64,000 bases of DNA from a virus, in the IMG/VR virus record IMGVR_UViG_3300013744_000001, positions 12,475 to 76,474 of that record; one strand, written 5' to 3'. Positions 43,892 through 53,236 of the stretch are shown in pieces. Positions within the stretch are counted from its first letter, which is position 1. Every line of letters starts with the position of its first letter. A program made the position numbers and the translations under genes. The notes below the pieces were generated by a model. The model was not told the DNA's origin, ran no database searches, and was given only the letters and a program-made list of their open reading frames with translations.

Positions 43892-44170
43892 TCAAATTGA
43901 GGATGATCGCCGCGAAGAACTTTGTAAAATCGTCAATGATTTCGCATACTTCCAAATGGGGGGATTTTCCCCCATTTGGAAGTTATTGTTTTCATTATAC
44001 ATTTTACAAAGCTCATTTATATATGTTTTCGTCGACGGAAGTTTGAACCACTCTTTCAAATCCCTGCCAAAATTTTTCGCAGCTTCTGTAGCATTGAACC
44101 AACCATCCTCCATAAAGAAAACATCCATATCCTCATACTGACTAACCACCAGCTCATTCTTCTTTCCCAT
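43892..44170 (-). CDS. KilA-N domain fragment (92 aa)
   Basis: 'MGKKNELVVSQYEDMDVFFMEDGWFNATEAAKNFGRDLKEWFKLPSTKTYINELCKMY' is homologous to the N-terminus of 48917..49642; the C-terminal tail 'GENPPIWKYAKSLTILQSSSRRSSSI' is non-homologous. Confidence 0.45.
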   Translation of the reverse strand: MGKKNELVVSQYEDMDVFFMEDGWFNATEAAKNFGRDLKEWFKLPSTKTYINELCKMYNENNNFQMGENPPIWKYAKSLTILQSSSRRSSSI

Positions 44171-44187
44171 AACGCACCTCCGAAAAA

Positions 44188-44676
44188 TTATAATTTCTGT
44201 TCAAAATACATCTCAGCCTCAGGCGACAATCTGAACACCAACCGCAACTTGGCCATAAACTCGGCTGCGAATTCATAGCCTTTCCAGAGGAAAGCAAGCA
44301 TAACCAGAGCATCCATCTTGCAGAACATCAGATGTTGAATCGCCTTGAACGCATCTTTGTCATTCTCCTTATCGGCAACGATGAACATCTTCCTGAGTGC
44401 AGCGATGCGAATCTTGTCGAAGATAACAAAGGCCCGCAGTACCGAGTAATGTTTGAGGAAGAACTCATTCGTTGTCAGAGCACTATCATATTCATAGGCC
44501 AATTGTAACGCATGGGGCGAAAGACCCGATATCTCCGACTGTCTGCCCATAATGGCCTGTTCCGTTACCTCAGTGACAGCCTGAGCCGAGACAATGTACA
44601 TGGCAATATCCAGAACATCCTTCTCGTTAAACGTATCCTGAATGAGGGTCATTACTTCCTTGCCGAATCCATCCAT
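44188..44676 (-). CDS. hypothetical protein (163 aa from ATG 44676, CAGGAGAA RBS)
   Basis: The track ORF extends further 5', but that extension overlaps the upstream gene. Confidence 0.45.
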   Translation of the reverse strand: MDGFGKEVMTLIQDTFNEKDVLDIAMYIVSAQAVTEVTEQAIMGRQSEISGLSPHALQLAYEYDSALTTNEFFLKHYSVLRAFVIFDKIRIAALRKMFIVADKENDKDAFKAIQHLMFCKMDALVMLAFLWKGYEFAAEFMAKLRLVFRLSPEAEMYFEQKL

Positions 44677-44692
44677 TGCATTCTCCTGTTGT

Positions 44693-46459
44693 TTATTCAA
44701 CTTCCTCACCCTCGCCCCGAACAGCCGAGGACGAGGAATAACTAAGCTCCTGCGCACTGGTGGCAACCTTTATCTCGTGCACAATACCCGAGCCCCTCAG
44801 ATATGCATAACAGCTCTGGTACGATACATTGGTAAAAGACAGACCGAAGCCTCGTGAGCTGACGACTTCCATATTGTCGGAGTGTTCTATCTCCCGACCA
44901 AACTCATGTATGTGGAAGGAAAGGATGAGCGAAGGTGCAGACCTCTCATCCCATTCTATCCGCATATGTGTAAAATGATTCTTCCCCTCGCTGTCCAGAT
45001 AGAACTTCACCGACCACGGACAAGTCCTGCACTGCTCGCAGACCACTGGACGCACATGATCGAAGGGGTCGAAGGGGCTGCACACCAGACGCCTGTAATC
45101 CCAGCGATAAACCCTGTTGTCCTGTGCGTAGACAATGTGCCCGTCCTGATCCAGCGCAAAGGCTGTGGGTCGAATGTAGGTGATGGGCATGATATGCGTT
45201 TCCTGAATAGTGTCCGTTCCATCATCACCGAACTCCAACATGAGCGAGCAGGCCAGCTCATCGGAAGTGAAGATGTAACCGAACTCGTAACAGGTACCGC
45301 GCACAGTCTTTGAATTGATATTCATCCATTGCTCCGAGCTGAGCAATGGCTTGAGCGCAAAGTCGATGCTCCTGCTGACACCTGCCGACGTTCTGGTGAC
45401 CCTCCATGTGTAGAGACCGTAGGTCGAAGCAAAGACAATGGTATCACCCCAAACAGAGAGCGAAGCTCTGGATGCCAACGGGAGTCGTCTCTCGACTACT
45501 ATTCGCTCGGCAACCAATTCATTCTCCCTGATCGTGTAGGATATGACCACCGGCCTGTTATCGGTGAACACAAAAATCTGGTCGTGCACAGCAACGATGG
45601 CCAGAATATTGTCCTCGATGCTTACGACATTCTCCCACGTAAACTGCGGTTTGCCGTTCTCGCTGATATACACCTCATGGTCTGTGGCTACCGCAAGTCC
45701 ATGTTCCGTTCTGGCCACATCGACAAGACCCCACGGTGCGGGGAAAGCCATGGGACTGTATGTAAGTAGCGGCCCACCTGTGCCGCTGCTAGGCGCATTA
45801 TCCCTGTAAATTCTGGCCTTGCCGCCCGAGAACTCGGCTACAAAGACAAACTCGGTGTCATTCGCAGACGCTGCCTCGGGATCCGCATAGTTGGTCTCTG
45901 TCCGATAAAGTCTGGTGGCGACAATGGCATAACCGGGAGGTGCAGCGGCCCAGCTCACCGTAGCGTTGGGTACAGCACCGGTCGCAGCCACGGGGGAAGA
46001 AGGTGGTGAAGGCGCGCTCTCCACCTCGATACCTGCATGCCTTGTCACGTAGGTTATGACGTAGCTCACCGCCTGAGCGTCGCAGCCCGAGCACCCAGCC
46101 TTTGCCTTGGGTGCCTCAGGACAGAAAGGTGCACCTGCCAGCCACGACTCCCCGCGACAAAGCTCCGACGATGTGGCCTGATGCAACCTGCCACCGGCGA
46201 TGAAGAAGTACTGATCGGAGCAAAAACCCTTGACCACTGTGGTATGTGTCGTGAAACCAAGGCAAGGACAGTTGGGTAAAGGAAACAGCGAACGATAAGC
46301 CGGCACACCCTCGCAGAGACTTTCCGGACAGGCGAAAGGACGAATGTCACCGTGGTGCAGATTGGCGTCCTGAATACTGAATATGCCCCGACCCCGCATG
46401 TAGCGGTTGCGCCATGGTGTGATGTTGGCAATGTTTCTGAAAATAACGTTCGTTGCCAT
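44693..46459 (-). CDS. Cys-rich structural protein (~589 aa; possible baseplate/tail component)
   Basis: N-terminal cysteine clusters 'CPESLCEG...CPCLG...CSGCDAQ', C-terminal 'CEQCRTCPW'; beta-rich composition. Confidence 0.45.
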   Translation of the reverse strand: MATNVIFRNIANITPWRNRYMRGRGIFSIQDANLHHGDIRPFACPESLCEGVPAYRSLFPLPNCPCLGFTTHTTVVKGFCSDQYFFIAGGRLHQATSSELCRGESWLAGAPFCPEAPKAKAGCSGCDAQAVSYVITYVTRHAGIEVESAPSPPSSPVAATGAVPNATVSWAAAPPGYAIVATRLYRTETNYADPEAASANDTEFVFVAEFSGGKARIYRDNAPSSGTGGPLLTYSPMAFPAPWGLVDVARTEHGLAVATDHEVYISENGKPQFTWENVVSIEDNILAIVAVHDQIFVFTDNRPVVISYTIRENELVAERIVVERRLPLASRASLSVWGDTIVFASTYGLYTWRVTRTSAGVSRSIDFALKPLLSSEQWMNINSKTVRGTCYEFGYIFTSDELACSLMLEFGDDGTDTIQETHIMPITYIRPTAFALDQDGHIVYAQDNRVYRWDYRRLVCSPFDPFDHVRPVVCEQCRTCPWSVKFYLDSEGKNHFTHMRIEWDERSAPSLILSFHIHEFGREIEHSDNMEVVSSRGFGLSFTNVSYQSCYAYLRGSGIVHEIKVATSAQELSYSSSSAVRGEGEEVE

Positions 46460-46461
46460 GT

Positions 46462-46965
46462 TCAACACACAATGTCCGAAGGCGGAATGGACTTCAGCTC
46501 GCAGTTATCATCGACAGTCAGTATCCTGTCACCTGCGACCAGATGTCCCTTGGGAATACCGTTCTTGTAACCGTACAGCTCACAGAGATTGACTGCCTTC
46601 TTGATCAGATCGCCCAGCTTGACCCAGCCTTTGAGACAACCCTTATCGTCCAGCACGGCCAGTCTGGTGTCCGCTGTAAGTGTCAGCTCTTCGTCCTTGC
46701 AGCCCGTGTCCGCCGGAGCATCGTCACAGTCGAACACTATGCAGATGCCGGGTGGAAAGACGACCAGCGCATCGAAGCTGACGATAATTTCGTCACCCAG
46801 CGCAATGGACTTGCCAAACGAGTCCTGCCCGTTGTATGTCACACGGACTTTGCAGATCTGTCCGTCGTAAAACTGGGCACGAACAGCAGCAAAGTTATTG
46901 GTATTCTTCGGACTGAATACAAAACTCTGACCGACAAGCGGTGTAAGGACTTCCAGATCTATCAT
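46462..46965 (-). CDS. hypothetical protein (168 aa from ATG 46965, ATGA-coupled)
   Basis: The track ORF N-terminal extension overlaps the upstream gene. Confidence 0.45.
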   Translation of the reverse strand: MIDLEVLTPLVGQSFVFSPKNTNNFAAVRAQFYDGQICKVRVTYNGQDSFGKSIALGDEIIVSFDALVVFPPGICIVFDCDDAPADTGCKDEELTLTADTRLAVLDDKGCLKGWVKLGDLIKKAVNLCELYGYKNGIPKGHLVAGDRILTVDDNCELKSIPPSDIVC

Positions 46966-47504
46966 GGTAAAGGTCCCTCCGGGATGTTGAGATCGGGAGC
47001 GTACTCTTTCCTGACGCTGGCCTTCTTCAGTATAAGCTTTGTTCTGCAAACACCTGTCTGACAGGATACAACCTTGTCCGGATCGCACTCGTCCGTAACA
47101 CAAGGCGGCTCGACGAAGGTACTGGTGTCGATGCACTGCTCGGACACCGCCTCTCCGCTGGCAATCCATGTGCCCGGCGCTTTGATGATTTCAATCTTGT
47201 CGACCAGGCAATCTTTCCAGTAGAGTGCTCCGATATAAAAACCTCTGGGAAACTTCTTGGGATCCGTCATGAACTCCCCGTCGAGGAGGAAGAAGTAAGT
47301 ATCTCCCTCATTGCCGTAAGGTTTGAAAACGACGGGCTTTTCCCTGCAGGGTCCACAGTAAAGACGCTCGACCTTGAGCTCCAGCGGTATGGTTTTGGGC
47401 AGACCGGCATATCTGTTTCGTCCAATTTCCAGCGCTATTTCGACACTTTTGGGTCCAATGTAGAAGCGTTCCCGGTAGTGTCTTGGTTCTCTGTTACATT
47501 GCAT
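46962..47504 (-). CDS. hypothetical protein (180 aa)
   Basis: ORF. Confidence 0.45.
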   Translation of the reverse strand: MQCNREPRHYRERFYIGPKSVEIALEIGRNRYAGLPKTIPLELKVERLYCGPCREKPVVFKPYGNEGDTYFFLLDGEFMTDPKKFPRGFYIGALYWKDCLVDKIEIIKAPGTWIASGEAVSEQCIDTSTFVEPPCVTDECDPDKVVSCQTGVCRTKLILKKASVRKEYAPDLNIPEGPLP

Positions 47505-48120
47505 CGGTGAGCCTCTTGTACTTTATACCGATCGGTCTCGAAGCGTCAGTGCCGCCTCTCGCCGCCCGATTGCGCAACTTCCTGTACTCATGCTCCTTCA
47601 ATCTGAACATCTGCACGTCATACCATGTCCTGCGCACCATGCCAAAGAGCCGCATCTCCATGCCTGCGAGAATGGCATCGTAGTAACGAGACAGGAAAGA
47701 CGCCTCAAAGAGACAGTTCATATTCGTCACATCCGGCACCAATGCCACTTCGACATACAGCGCTTTATCAATATCGGTTTTCGGACAGCAACCGAGGACC
47801 AGCTCATGCTCGTCAAGAACGTAGGAAGAAGGAATGTGAGCCTTGCCAGTCTTCAGCCCCATGCTGGCATCGATGAAAAAGCCCTCAGGTGCAAAGAGTT
47901 CATACCTATCGACTTCGGCGTAGAGATCTATGGGAATATCGATACGATAGAGATGAGTCTCTTTGGTAAAAGCGATCAGTGTATCCCTGAAGATGACAGC
48001 TATCAGGGCCTTGAACTCGGCATCTGAAAGCTGGTCATCCCGCTTTTCCTTCTCTCTTACGATGGCCGTCAGTGCGGGGAGGAAAAGTTCATAGCCCGCA
48101 AGCTTTGTCCGCCTATTCAT
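47494..48120 (-). CDS. hypothetical protein (208 aa)
   Basis: ORF. Confidence 0.45.
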   Translation of the reverse strand: MNRRTKLAGYELFLPALTAIVREKEKRDDQLSDAEFKALIAVIFRDTLIAFTKETHLYRIDIPIDLYAEVDRYELFAPEGFFIDASMGLKTGKAHIPSSYVLDEHELVLGCCPKTDIDKALYVEVALVPDVTNMNCLFEASFLSRYYDAILAGMEMRLFGMVRRTWYDVQMFRLKEHEYRKLRNRAARGGTDASRPIGIKYKRLTDAM

Positions 48121-48803
48121 TTGTCCTCCACCTTCCTGTGCCCAAAGAGATAGTCATCCTCCCTGAGCGAGAACTCGATCATCAGCTTGGTCTGCACCAG
48201 ATACTGCACGGCAGTCCAGTGATGCGCCGCCCGTTCGAGATTACTCTTACTCTCGGAGTCTGTGCGGAAAAGCCAGAACGCCGCATACTCGGCAATGATG
48301 GAAAGATACTCGGCCAGCAGATCCGTTTCGAGATCCTCGATACCGGGAGCTTTGGCACAGAGATATCTGACAATAGTACCTTTCGGCAAAGGATGATCGA
48401 AACGAATGACGCAAGCGGAATTGTCAACGTACGACCAGGTATAATCCCTGTCTCCGGGTCCCGAGACTGTGCAGCCTATGTCGAGAGAAGCAAAGAGACT
48501 GTTGGTATTGGCCTTGTTCTCAGAGATATTCAGACAACTCCTGCCGTCGATTTCGATATCGACGATGCCAAGAAACTTCCCACACTCCTCGCAGAAGCTG
48601 ATGATGCAGTCCTCTTTCTGAATGGTAAAGGTCTTCAGCTTGCCAAACTTCTCGGGTACAATTGAATAGAGAAAAGTCAGCGCAAGCGTTACAGCTTCGG
48701 TGACGTGTGCTTTGGACCAGGTAAAGAAGGTAGGTTGACGAACACCACGAGCAGATTCTTCATGGTCGTTCAGATGTCTGGCTAGAAAATCACGGATGTC
48801 CAT
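48117..48803 (-). CDS. hypothetical protein (228 aa)
   Basis: ORF; first gene of this structural block. Confidence 0.45.
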   Translation of the reverse strand: MDIRDFLARHLNDHEESARGVRQPTFFTWSKAHVTEAVTLALTFLYSIVPEKFGKLKTFTIQKEDCIISFCEECGKFLGIVDIEIDGRSCLNISENKANTNSLFASLDIGCTVSGPGDRDYTWSYVDNSACVIRFDHPLPKGTIVRYLCAKAPGIEDLETDLLAEYLSIIAEYAAFWLFRTDSESKSNLERAAHHWTAVQYLVQTKLMIEFSLREDDYLFGHRKVEDK

Positions 48804-48916
48804 AACGCATCCTCACACTTTTGAAGGTTTGGAGGAAGGATACAGACAAATGTGCGATATGTCAATGACAAAGGTGAAACAAGGGCGACAGCATATTGCT
48901 CTTGTTTCACGATCAT

Positions 48917-49642
48917 TCATTTTTGTTCTACCTGCCGTGCACCGGCACGAACAAGGGCTTCATACATGCTGGTAATCAATTCCTTTCGCTGTTGATAAGG
49001 TACTCGCGCACCAACGAGTACCAAATCATGCTCTTCAATTTTAGCCAAAATATCCAACGTTTCTTTGTCCAAACCATGTCTGTCCTGCTTGTCACAACCA
49101 AACATGATTTGGTTTATCATACGCGCCTCATTTGAATAATCATAAAACTTGGGCTCTTTGCCGTCTGCTTCCTTTGCAAACTTAATTGTATCACACAGCA
49201 CTTTGTACGAACTCGCCGCCTGATGCCGAAGTCGCCACCACTCCTGTCGAGGATGTTTGTTACGCAAAATTTTCTCAATCTGAATGTCGCACCATATGCC
49301 AAATCTTGGCGAACACCATCGCGCAAACAGAACAGCAAGCCGAGGATGAAGCCACGTTCCACCATGCTTTCCGCGTTTTGTTTTTATAAAAAATTTCGAC
49401 GTAATTTCGGGCACTTGTAAATACCCGGAATTCCGGGTATTTACAAGTTGTTGATTTTCCGATGTTATTTTACATAGTTCTGCAATATACTCCCGTGTAT
49501 CTTCGTTAGCCAACCAATGATCTACACGCTTGCCAAAATGAACACCCACCTCAGTAGCATTGAACCAGCCTTCGTCCCCGAAAGAGATCTCAATGCCCTC
49601 GTACTCAGAAATCATAAGTTCTTCCATACCGTCCTCCATCAC
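48917..49642 (-). CDS. KilA-N domain protein with antirepressor-type C-terminal domain (241 aa)
   Basis: 'ISEYEGIEISFGDEGWFNATEVGVHFGKRVDHWLANEDTREYIAELCK...GGTWLHPRLAVLFARWCSPRF'. Confidence 0.7.
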   Translation of the reverse strand: MMEDGMEELMISEYEGIEISFGDEGWFNATEVGVHFGKRVDHWLANEDTREYIAELCKITSENQQLVNTRNSGYLQVPEITSKFFIKTKRGKHGGTWLHPRLAVLFARWCSPRFGIWCDIQIEKILRNKHPRQEWWRLRHQAASSYKVLCDTIKFAKEADGKEPKFYDYSNEARMINQIMFGCDKQDRHGLDKETLDILAKIEEHDLVLVGARVPYQQRKELITSMYEALVRAGARQVEQK

Positions 49643-49660
49643 AAAAAATCAAAGCAACAA

Positions 49661-50419
49661 TTACTTCAACATAGATATAATACTTTCCTTCCAGCGCAAC
49701 TGTTGAACCATCGAACCGTCGTGATGTGCCTTGCCTGTATCCAGAATAACAGCGTAGGCTCTGCCCTTCTCGGTCGGTCGCCATTCGTTACGCTCATTCT
49801 TGAACTGAAAACCCTCTTCGGCTAATAGAAGATTGGCGTGCCTGGCGGCCTTTCGTCCAATACCCATGTGTAACCGTTCGCCGATCTCTGTCGCCAGTAG
49901 ATAGTTGCTGTTGTCCTCGGCAATCAGCTTTACATCCAGCTCCGCCTGAAAGTCGATGCCGGTTCGTTTCCTTGTGGTAACATTGGCAGAAATCAAAGCC
50001 CTATTTCCGCTCAATCCAAACGCCTCAGCAACTCGCTTCAGCGCTAAAAACTCCCGTTCCGCAAACTCAATGGGAATAGGCTGAGATATCGAAGGCGACT
50101 CATATTTCCCAGTTTTGCGAATAGCTGGGAGCACCTCAGACGTTACCCATTCAATAAACGGTTCTGCCTGCGGCTTGTCCGACCTGAGCACAAGTCGATA
50201 TAACCCAGACTCAGAAATAACGGAAATTCGCTGCTTTCCACCAAGGGTGTCAGTCAGGCTGACACCCTTGTGGTGATCGGGTATTCTTGCAAGGGCTTGG
50301 CCAACATTGTCCAAGCCCAAAATGTCACAGATGTCCTTGGCGACGAACCAAGGCTCTCCGTCTTTGATCACAGTACGAACCTGACTTTGGTTAAAATTGA
50401 ATACTGTTACTTCGTTCAT
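49661..50419 (-). CDS. Bro-N domain antirepressor-family protein (252 aa)
   Basis: 'MNEVTVFNFNQSQVRTVIKDGEPWFVAKDICDILGL...'; RBS 'TACAAGGAGGAATC-ATG' is identical to the two neighbouring Bro genes. Confidence 0.75.
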   Translation of the reverse strand: MNEVTVFNFNQSQVRTVIKDGEPWFVAKDICDILGLDNVGQALARIPDHHKGVSLTDTLGGKQRISVISESGLYRLVLRSDKPQAEPFIEWVTSEVLPAIRKTGKYESPSISQPIPIEFAEREFLALKRVAEAFGLSGNRALISANVTTRKRTGIDFQAELDVKLIAEDNSNYLLATEIGERLHMGIGRKAARHANLLLAEEGFQFKNERNEWRPTEKGRAYAVILDTGKAHHDGSMVQQLRWKESIISMLK

Positions 50420-50446
50420 GATTCCTCCTTGTAGAGTGATAAAAAA

Positions 50447-50740
50447 TCAAGTGACAATTACTTCAACACATTCCTGGGCCGCAGGCAATTGTGAACCCAC
50501 AATCAATCGATACAAATCAGGTTCTGTCAGAAAACGAGCCTCTTGCGTACGCCCAAGGCTATCGACGATGGGGTAGCGTTTTGCTACCCCACGGCAACGT
50601 TTGGACATAGCATCGGACGCGTTGACATAGCCCAGAATCTCACAGACATCCTTACCGCAGAATAGTGGATTTCCGTCAGCGTCAATGATGGTGCGAACTT
50701 CGTGCCGGTCCTGAAAATTAAATACTGTTACTTCGTTCAT
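50447..50740 (-). CDS. Bro-N domain-only protein (98 aa)
   Basis: 'MNEVTVFNFQDRHEVRTIIDADGNPLFCGKDVCEILGYVNASDA...'; same RBS; ends just before the next Bro gene. Confidence 0.6.
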   Translation of the reverse strand: MNEVTVFNFQDRHEVRTIIDADGNPLFCGKDVCEILGYVNASDAMSKRCRGVAKRYPIVDSLGRTQEARFLTEPDLYRLIVGSQLPAAQECVEVIVT

Positions 50741-50881
50741 GATTCCTCCTTGTAGAGTAGATTTGATGGGATGACTGTCGGAATTTAGCACACTCGATGT
50801 CCGACGTCAAGGTTCCGTCGGTAATAGCGACGGAACCACCGTACCCATGATTCCTCTCTGACCATAAAAATCAAGCGACAA

Positions 50882-51625
50882 TTACTTCAATACATCAAGA
50901 ACAGTTTCCTTCCACTTCAACTGCTGAATCATGACACCGGAGCTGTGACGTTTGCCTGTATCCAAAAGCACCGCATGAACCTTGCCCTTCTCTGTCGGCA
51001 ACCATTGCCCGCCGGACTTGACCTGATAACCTCCGATCTCAAGCAGCTTGTTTACCTCCCTCGGTCCGGAGAGATGCAGCATCTCAGCAATCTGAGTGGG
51101 TGAAAAGAAATATTTCTGGTCGGGGTTCTTCAACTCGATCTGCAAGGTCTGAAGCAACGAGATACCATGCTCCCTGCGAATGGCATTGTCGGCAGAGACG
51201 ATGGCCGCATTCCCTTCCAACCCGCAGAGCTCGGCCACAGCCTTCAACGCCGCAAACTCGCGGGCCGCCACCTCTTTGTTCAAAAGCTCAGACCGTGGCA
51301 GGACATACGCACCGGTTTTACGAATAGTTGGGAGTACTTCCGATGTTACCCACTTGCGAAATGCCTGAGCCTCGGGCTTCCGGGATTTGAAAACAAGTGC
51401 ATAAAGCCCAGACTCAGAAATGACGGACATTCGCTGACTTCCGCCAAGGGTACGTATACTGTACGTACCCTTTTCATCGTCACCTAACGACTGAACTGTC
51501 TGACTCACATCTGTCAGCTCCAGAATATCGCAGATATCCTTGGCCACAAACCAAGGCTCTCCGTCTCTGACCACTGTGCGCACCTCATGTTGGTCCTGAA
51601 AATTGAATACTGTTACTGCGTCCAT
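50882..51625 (-). CDS. Bro-N domain antirepressor-family protein (247 aa)
   Basis: 'MDAVTVFNFQDQHEVRTVVRDGEPWFVAKDICDILELTDVSQ...'; same RBS. Confidence 0.75.
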   Translation of the reverse strand: MDAVTVFNFQDQHEVRTVVRDGEPWFVAKDICDILELTDVSQTVQSLGDDEKGTYSIRTLGGSQRMSVISESGLYALVFKSRKPEAQAFRKWVTSEVLPTIRKTGAYVLPRSELLNKEVAAREFAALKAVAELCGLEGNAAIVSADNAIRREHGISLLQTLQIELKNPDQKYFFSPTQIAEMLHLSGPREVNKLLEIGGYQVKSGGQWLPTEKGKVHAVLLDTGKRHSSGVMIQQLKWKETVLDVLK

Positions 51626-51671
51626 GATTCCTCCTTGTAACGTGATAAAAGATCGAACTGCCCATCCTGTC

Positions 51672-51699
51672 ATTATACCATGGTCTATCTTTTAGGCAA
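51672..51699 (-). promoter_or_regulatory. sigma-70-like promoter for the Bro gene (-35 TTGCCT, 16-nt spacer, -10 TATAAT)
   Basis: Read on the minus strand: 'TTGCCTaaaagatagaccatggTATAAT'. Confidence 0.5.
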
Positions 51700-51738
51700 A
51701 GAAAAACCCGGCACAGTGAGCTTGTCACCATGCCGGGT
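51697..51738 (-). terminator. intrinsic terminator (stem 'ACCCGGCA'/'TGCCGGGT' then TTTTTCTTT on minus strand)
   Basis: Read directly; downstream of the 51761 gene stop. Confidence 0.55.
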
Positions 51739-51760
51739 ACGAACGAGCTGATACCGGAGC

Positions 51761-52162
51761 TCAGCTTTTAGGATGATGAGGCTTTTTGATTCCCCTCAGC
51801 TTACGCAGATGATCTTCATAATCATCCGCTTCCCGGTCGGTCATAGGCACGAACAGGGCGGCACGAACATCTTCGTCCGCGTCCTCCGTTGTCTTGTTGT
51901 CAACGAAGCGAATATAGTACTGCGATTCGAGGAACCTGATGTCCCTGACGTTGAGATACGCACTGACGCTCGGATCGGCTTTGGGTCCGGGGATTACACG
52001 ATGCCCCTTGTAGAAGCCGTCGATCGTATCCGAGAAATCGTTGCTGGCCACCTTTTGTGCCACAAAGTATCTGGTCGAATCAAGGATCTTCTGCTTGTCT
52101 GCCAGCACGTTCATGCTGTGTCGCAGACGCTCTGTCAACTGTCCGCTGGTAATGTCCGGCAT
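51761..52162 (-). CDS. hypothetical protein (133 aa)
   Basis: ORF. Confidence 0.45.
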   Translation of the reverse strand: MPDITSGQLTERLRHSMNVLADKQKILDSTRYFVAQKVASNDFSDTIDGFYKGHRVIPGPKADPSVSAYLNVRDIRFLESQYYIRFVDNKTTEDADEDVRAALFVPMTDREADDYEDHLRKLRGIKKPHHPKS

Positions 52163-52219
52163 ATTGCTCTCCGTTTGGTTATGCGCCCCGGTGTTGGCGG
52201 GGCGCAGTCTGATTTTCTA

Positions 52220-53224
52220 TCACGGTCCCGGAGGCGTGGGCTTCGGAATCTGATAGGTAAAGACGATCTGACTCACCGCTTCATCCTTGTCGTCAGTCAG
52301 TTTGCCGTTTGCAAACTTCACCTTGACCGCAGGCGGCTCTTCCAAATTCGCCAGTTTGGGCGGAGTGACGGTTACCGTCTCGCCGTCCTTGATGCGAATC
52401 ACCGTAGACGCGTACACCGACTTGCCGTTGTTGTCCACATAGGACACGTGCAAAGCCTTGTAGGTCACGCCTTCGATGGGGGTGGTGTCGTCGCAGCCGC
52501 CGGCACAAGGCCCACGGTCGCAGTCGCAATAGCGCTGATGCCGGGTCTTCTCGGCGCAGAGACGGTCATACAGACAACCCACCTGAAAGACGGGGAACTT
52601 CGGCTTGCCGCAGGAGCAGCAGTTACCCTCGTCCGTTTTACCGGCTTCGCCCACTTTAACGACGATCATGCGGATATACATGGCTTCGCCGAGGGCTGCG
52701 AAAAAGCCGGGATTGATGGCGGCAAACTTCAACGCTGCGTTGTTGCGATACGTATCGTACTTGCCACCGTAGGGCAATTTGCTCTTGGTCAGAGCATCTT
52801 CGGGGGCGTCGCCCAATCCGTCCGAGAAGTCATAGTTGAGGGCTGCCGTGTTGGGTACGGCGGGCAGCGCCTTCAGAGGATTACCCTGCACCAGCGCGTT
52901 GTGCACGTCACGCATGCGGACCAGGTCAAACTTCACCTGAAAGTCCTTGACCGCGTTGAACGACATGGCCCAAACACCCCGATACACACAGGCGTCGGGC
53001 AACACACCGATGTAGATTTCATCATCCTTCTTCAGGTCACAGAACAGATCCGCAAACTCCCCCATGTCCAGCTCGGTGGAGATGGAGTTGTCCGTGTCCA
53101 GCGGGACATGCGGATCGTAGACCAGAGAGTCGATCTCTACAGGAGTCAGCGGTACCCGGATACGATGGTCATCGATGTTCCTTTTATAGTTACCGCCGTA
53201 GAAGAGAAATAACGGTTCATTCAT
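52220..53224 (-). CDS. Cys-rich putative structural protein (334 aa)
   Basis: 'GNCCSCGKPKF...CDCDRGPCAGGCDD', a putative metal-binding cluster. Confidence 0.45.
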   Translation of the reverse strand: MNEPLFLFYGGNYKRNIDDHRIRVPLTPVEIDSLVYDPHVPLDTDNSISTELDMGEFADLFCDLKKDDEIYIGVLPDACVYRGVWAMSFNAVKDFQVKFDLVRMRDVHNALVQGNPLKALPAVPNTAALNYDFSDGLGDAPEDALTKSKLPYGGKYDTYRNNAALKFAAINPGFFAALGEAMYIRMIVVKVGEAGKTDEGNCCSCGKPKFPVFQVGCLYDRLCAEKTRHQRYCDCDRGPCAGGCDDTTPIEGVTYKALHVSYVDNNGKSVYASTVIRIKDGETVTVTPPKLANLEEPPAVKVKFANGKLTDDKDEAVSQIVFTYQIPKPTPPGP

Positions 53225-53236
53225 ATCTCACCTCGC

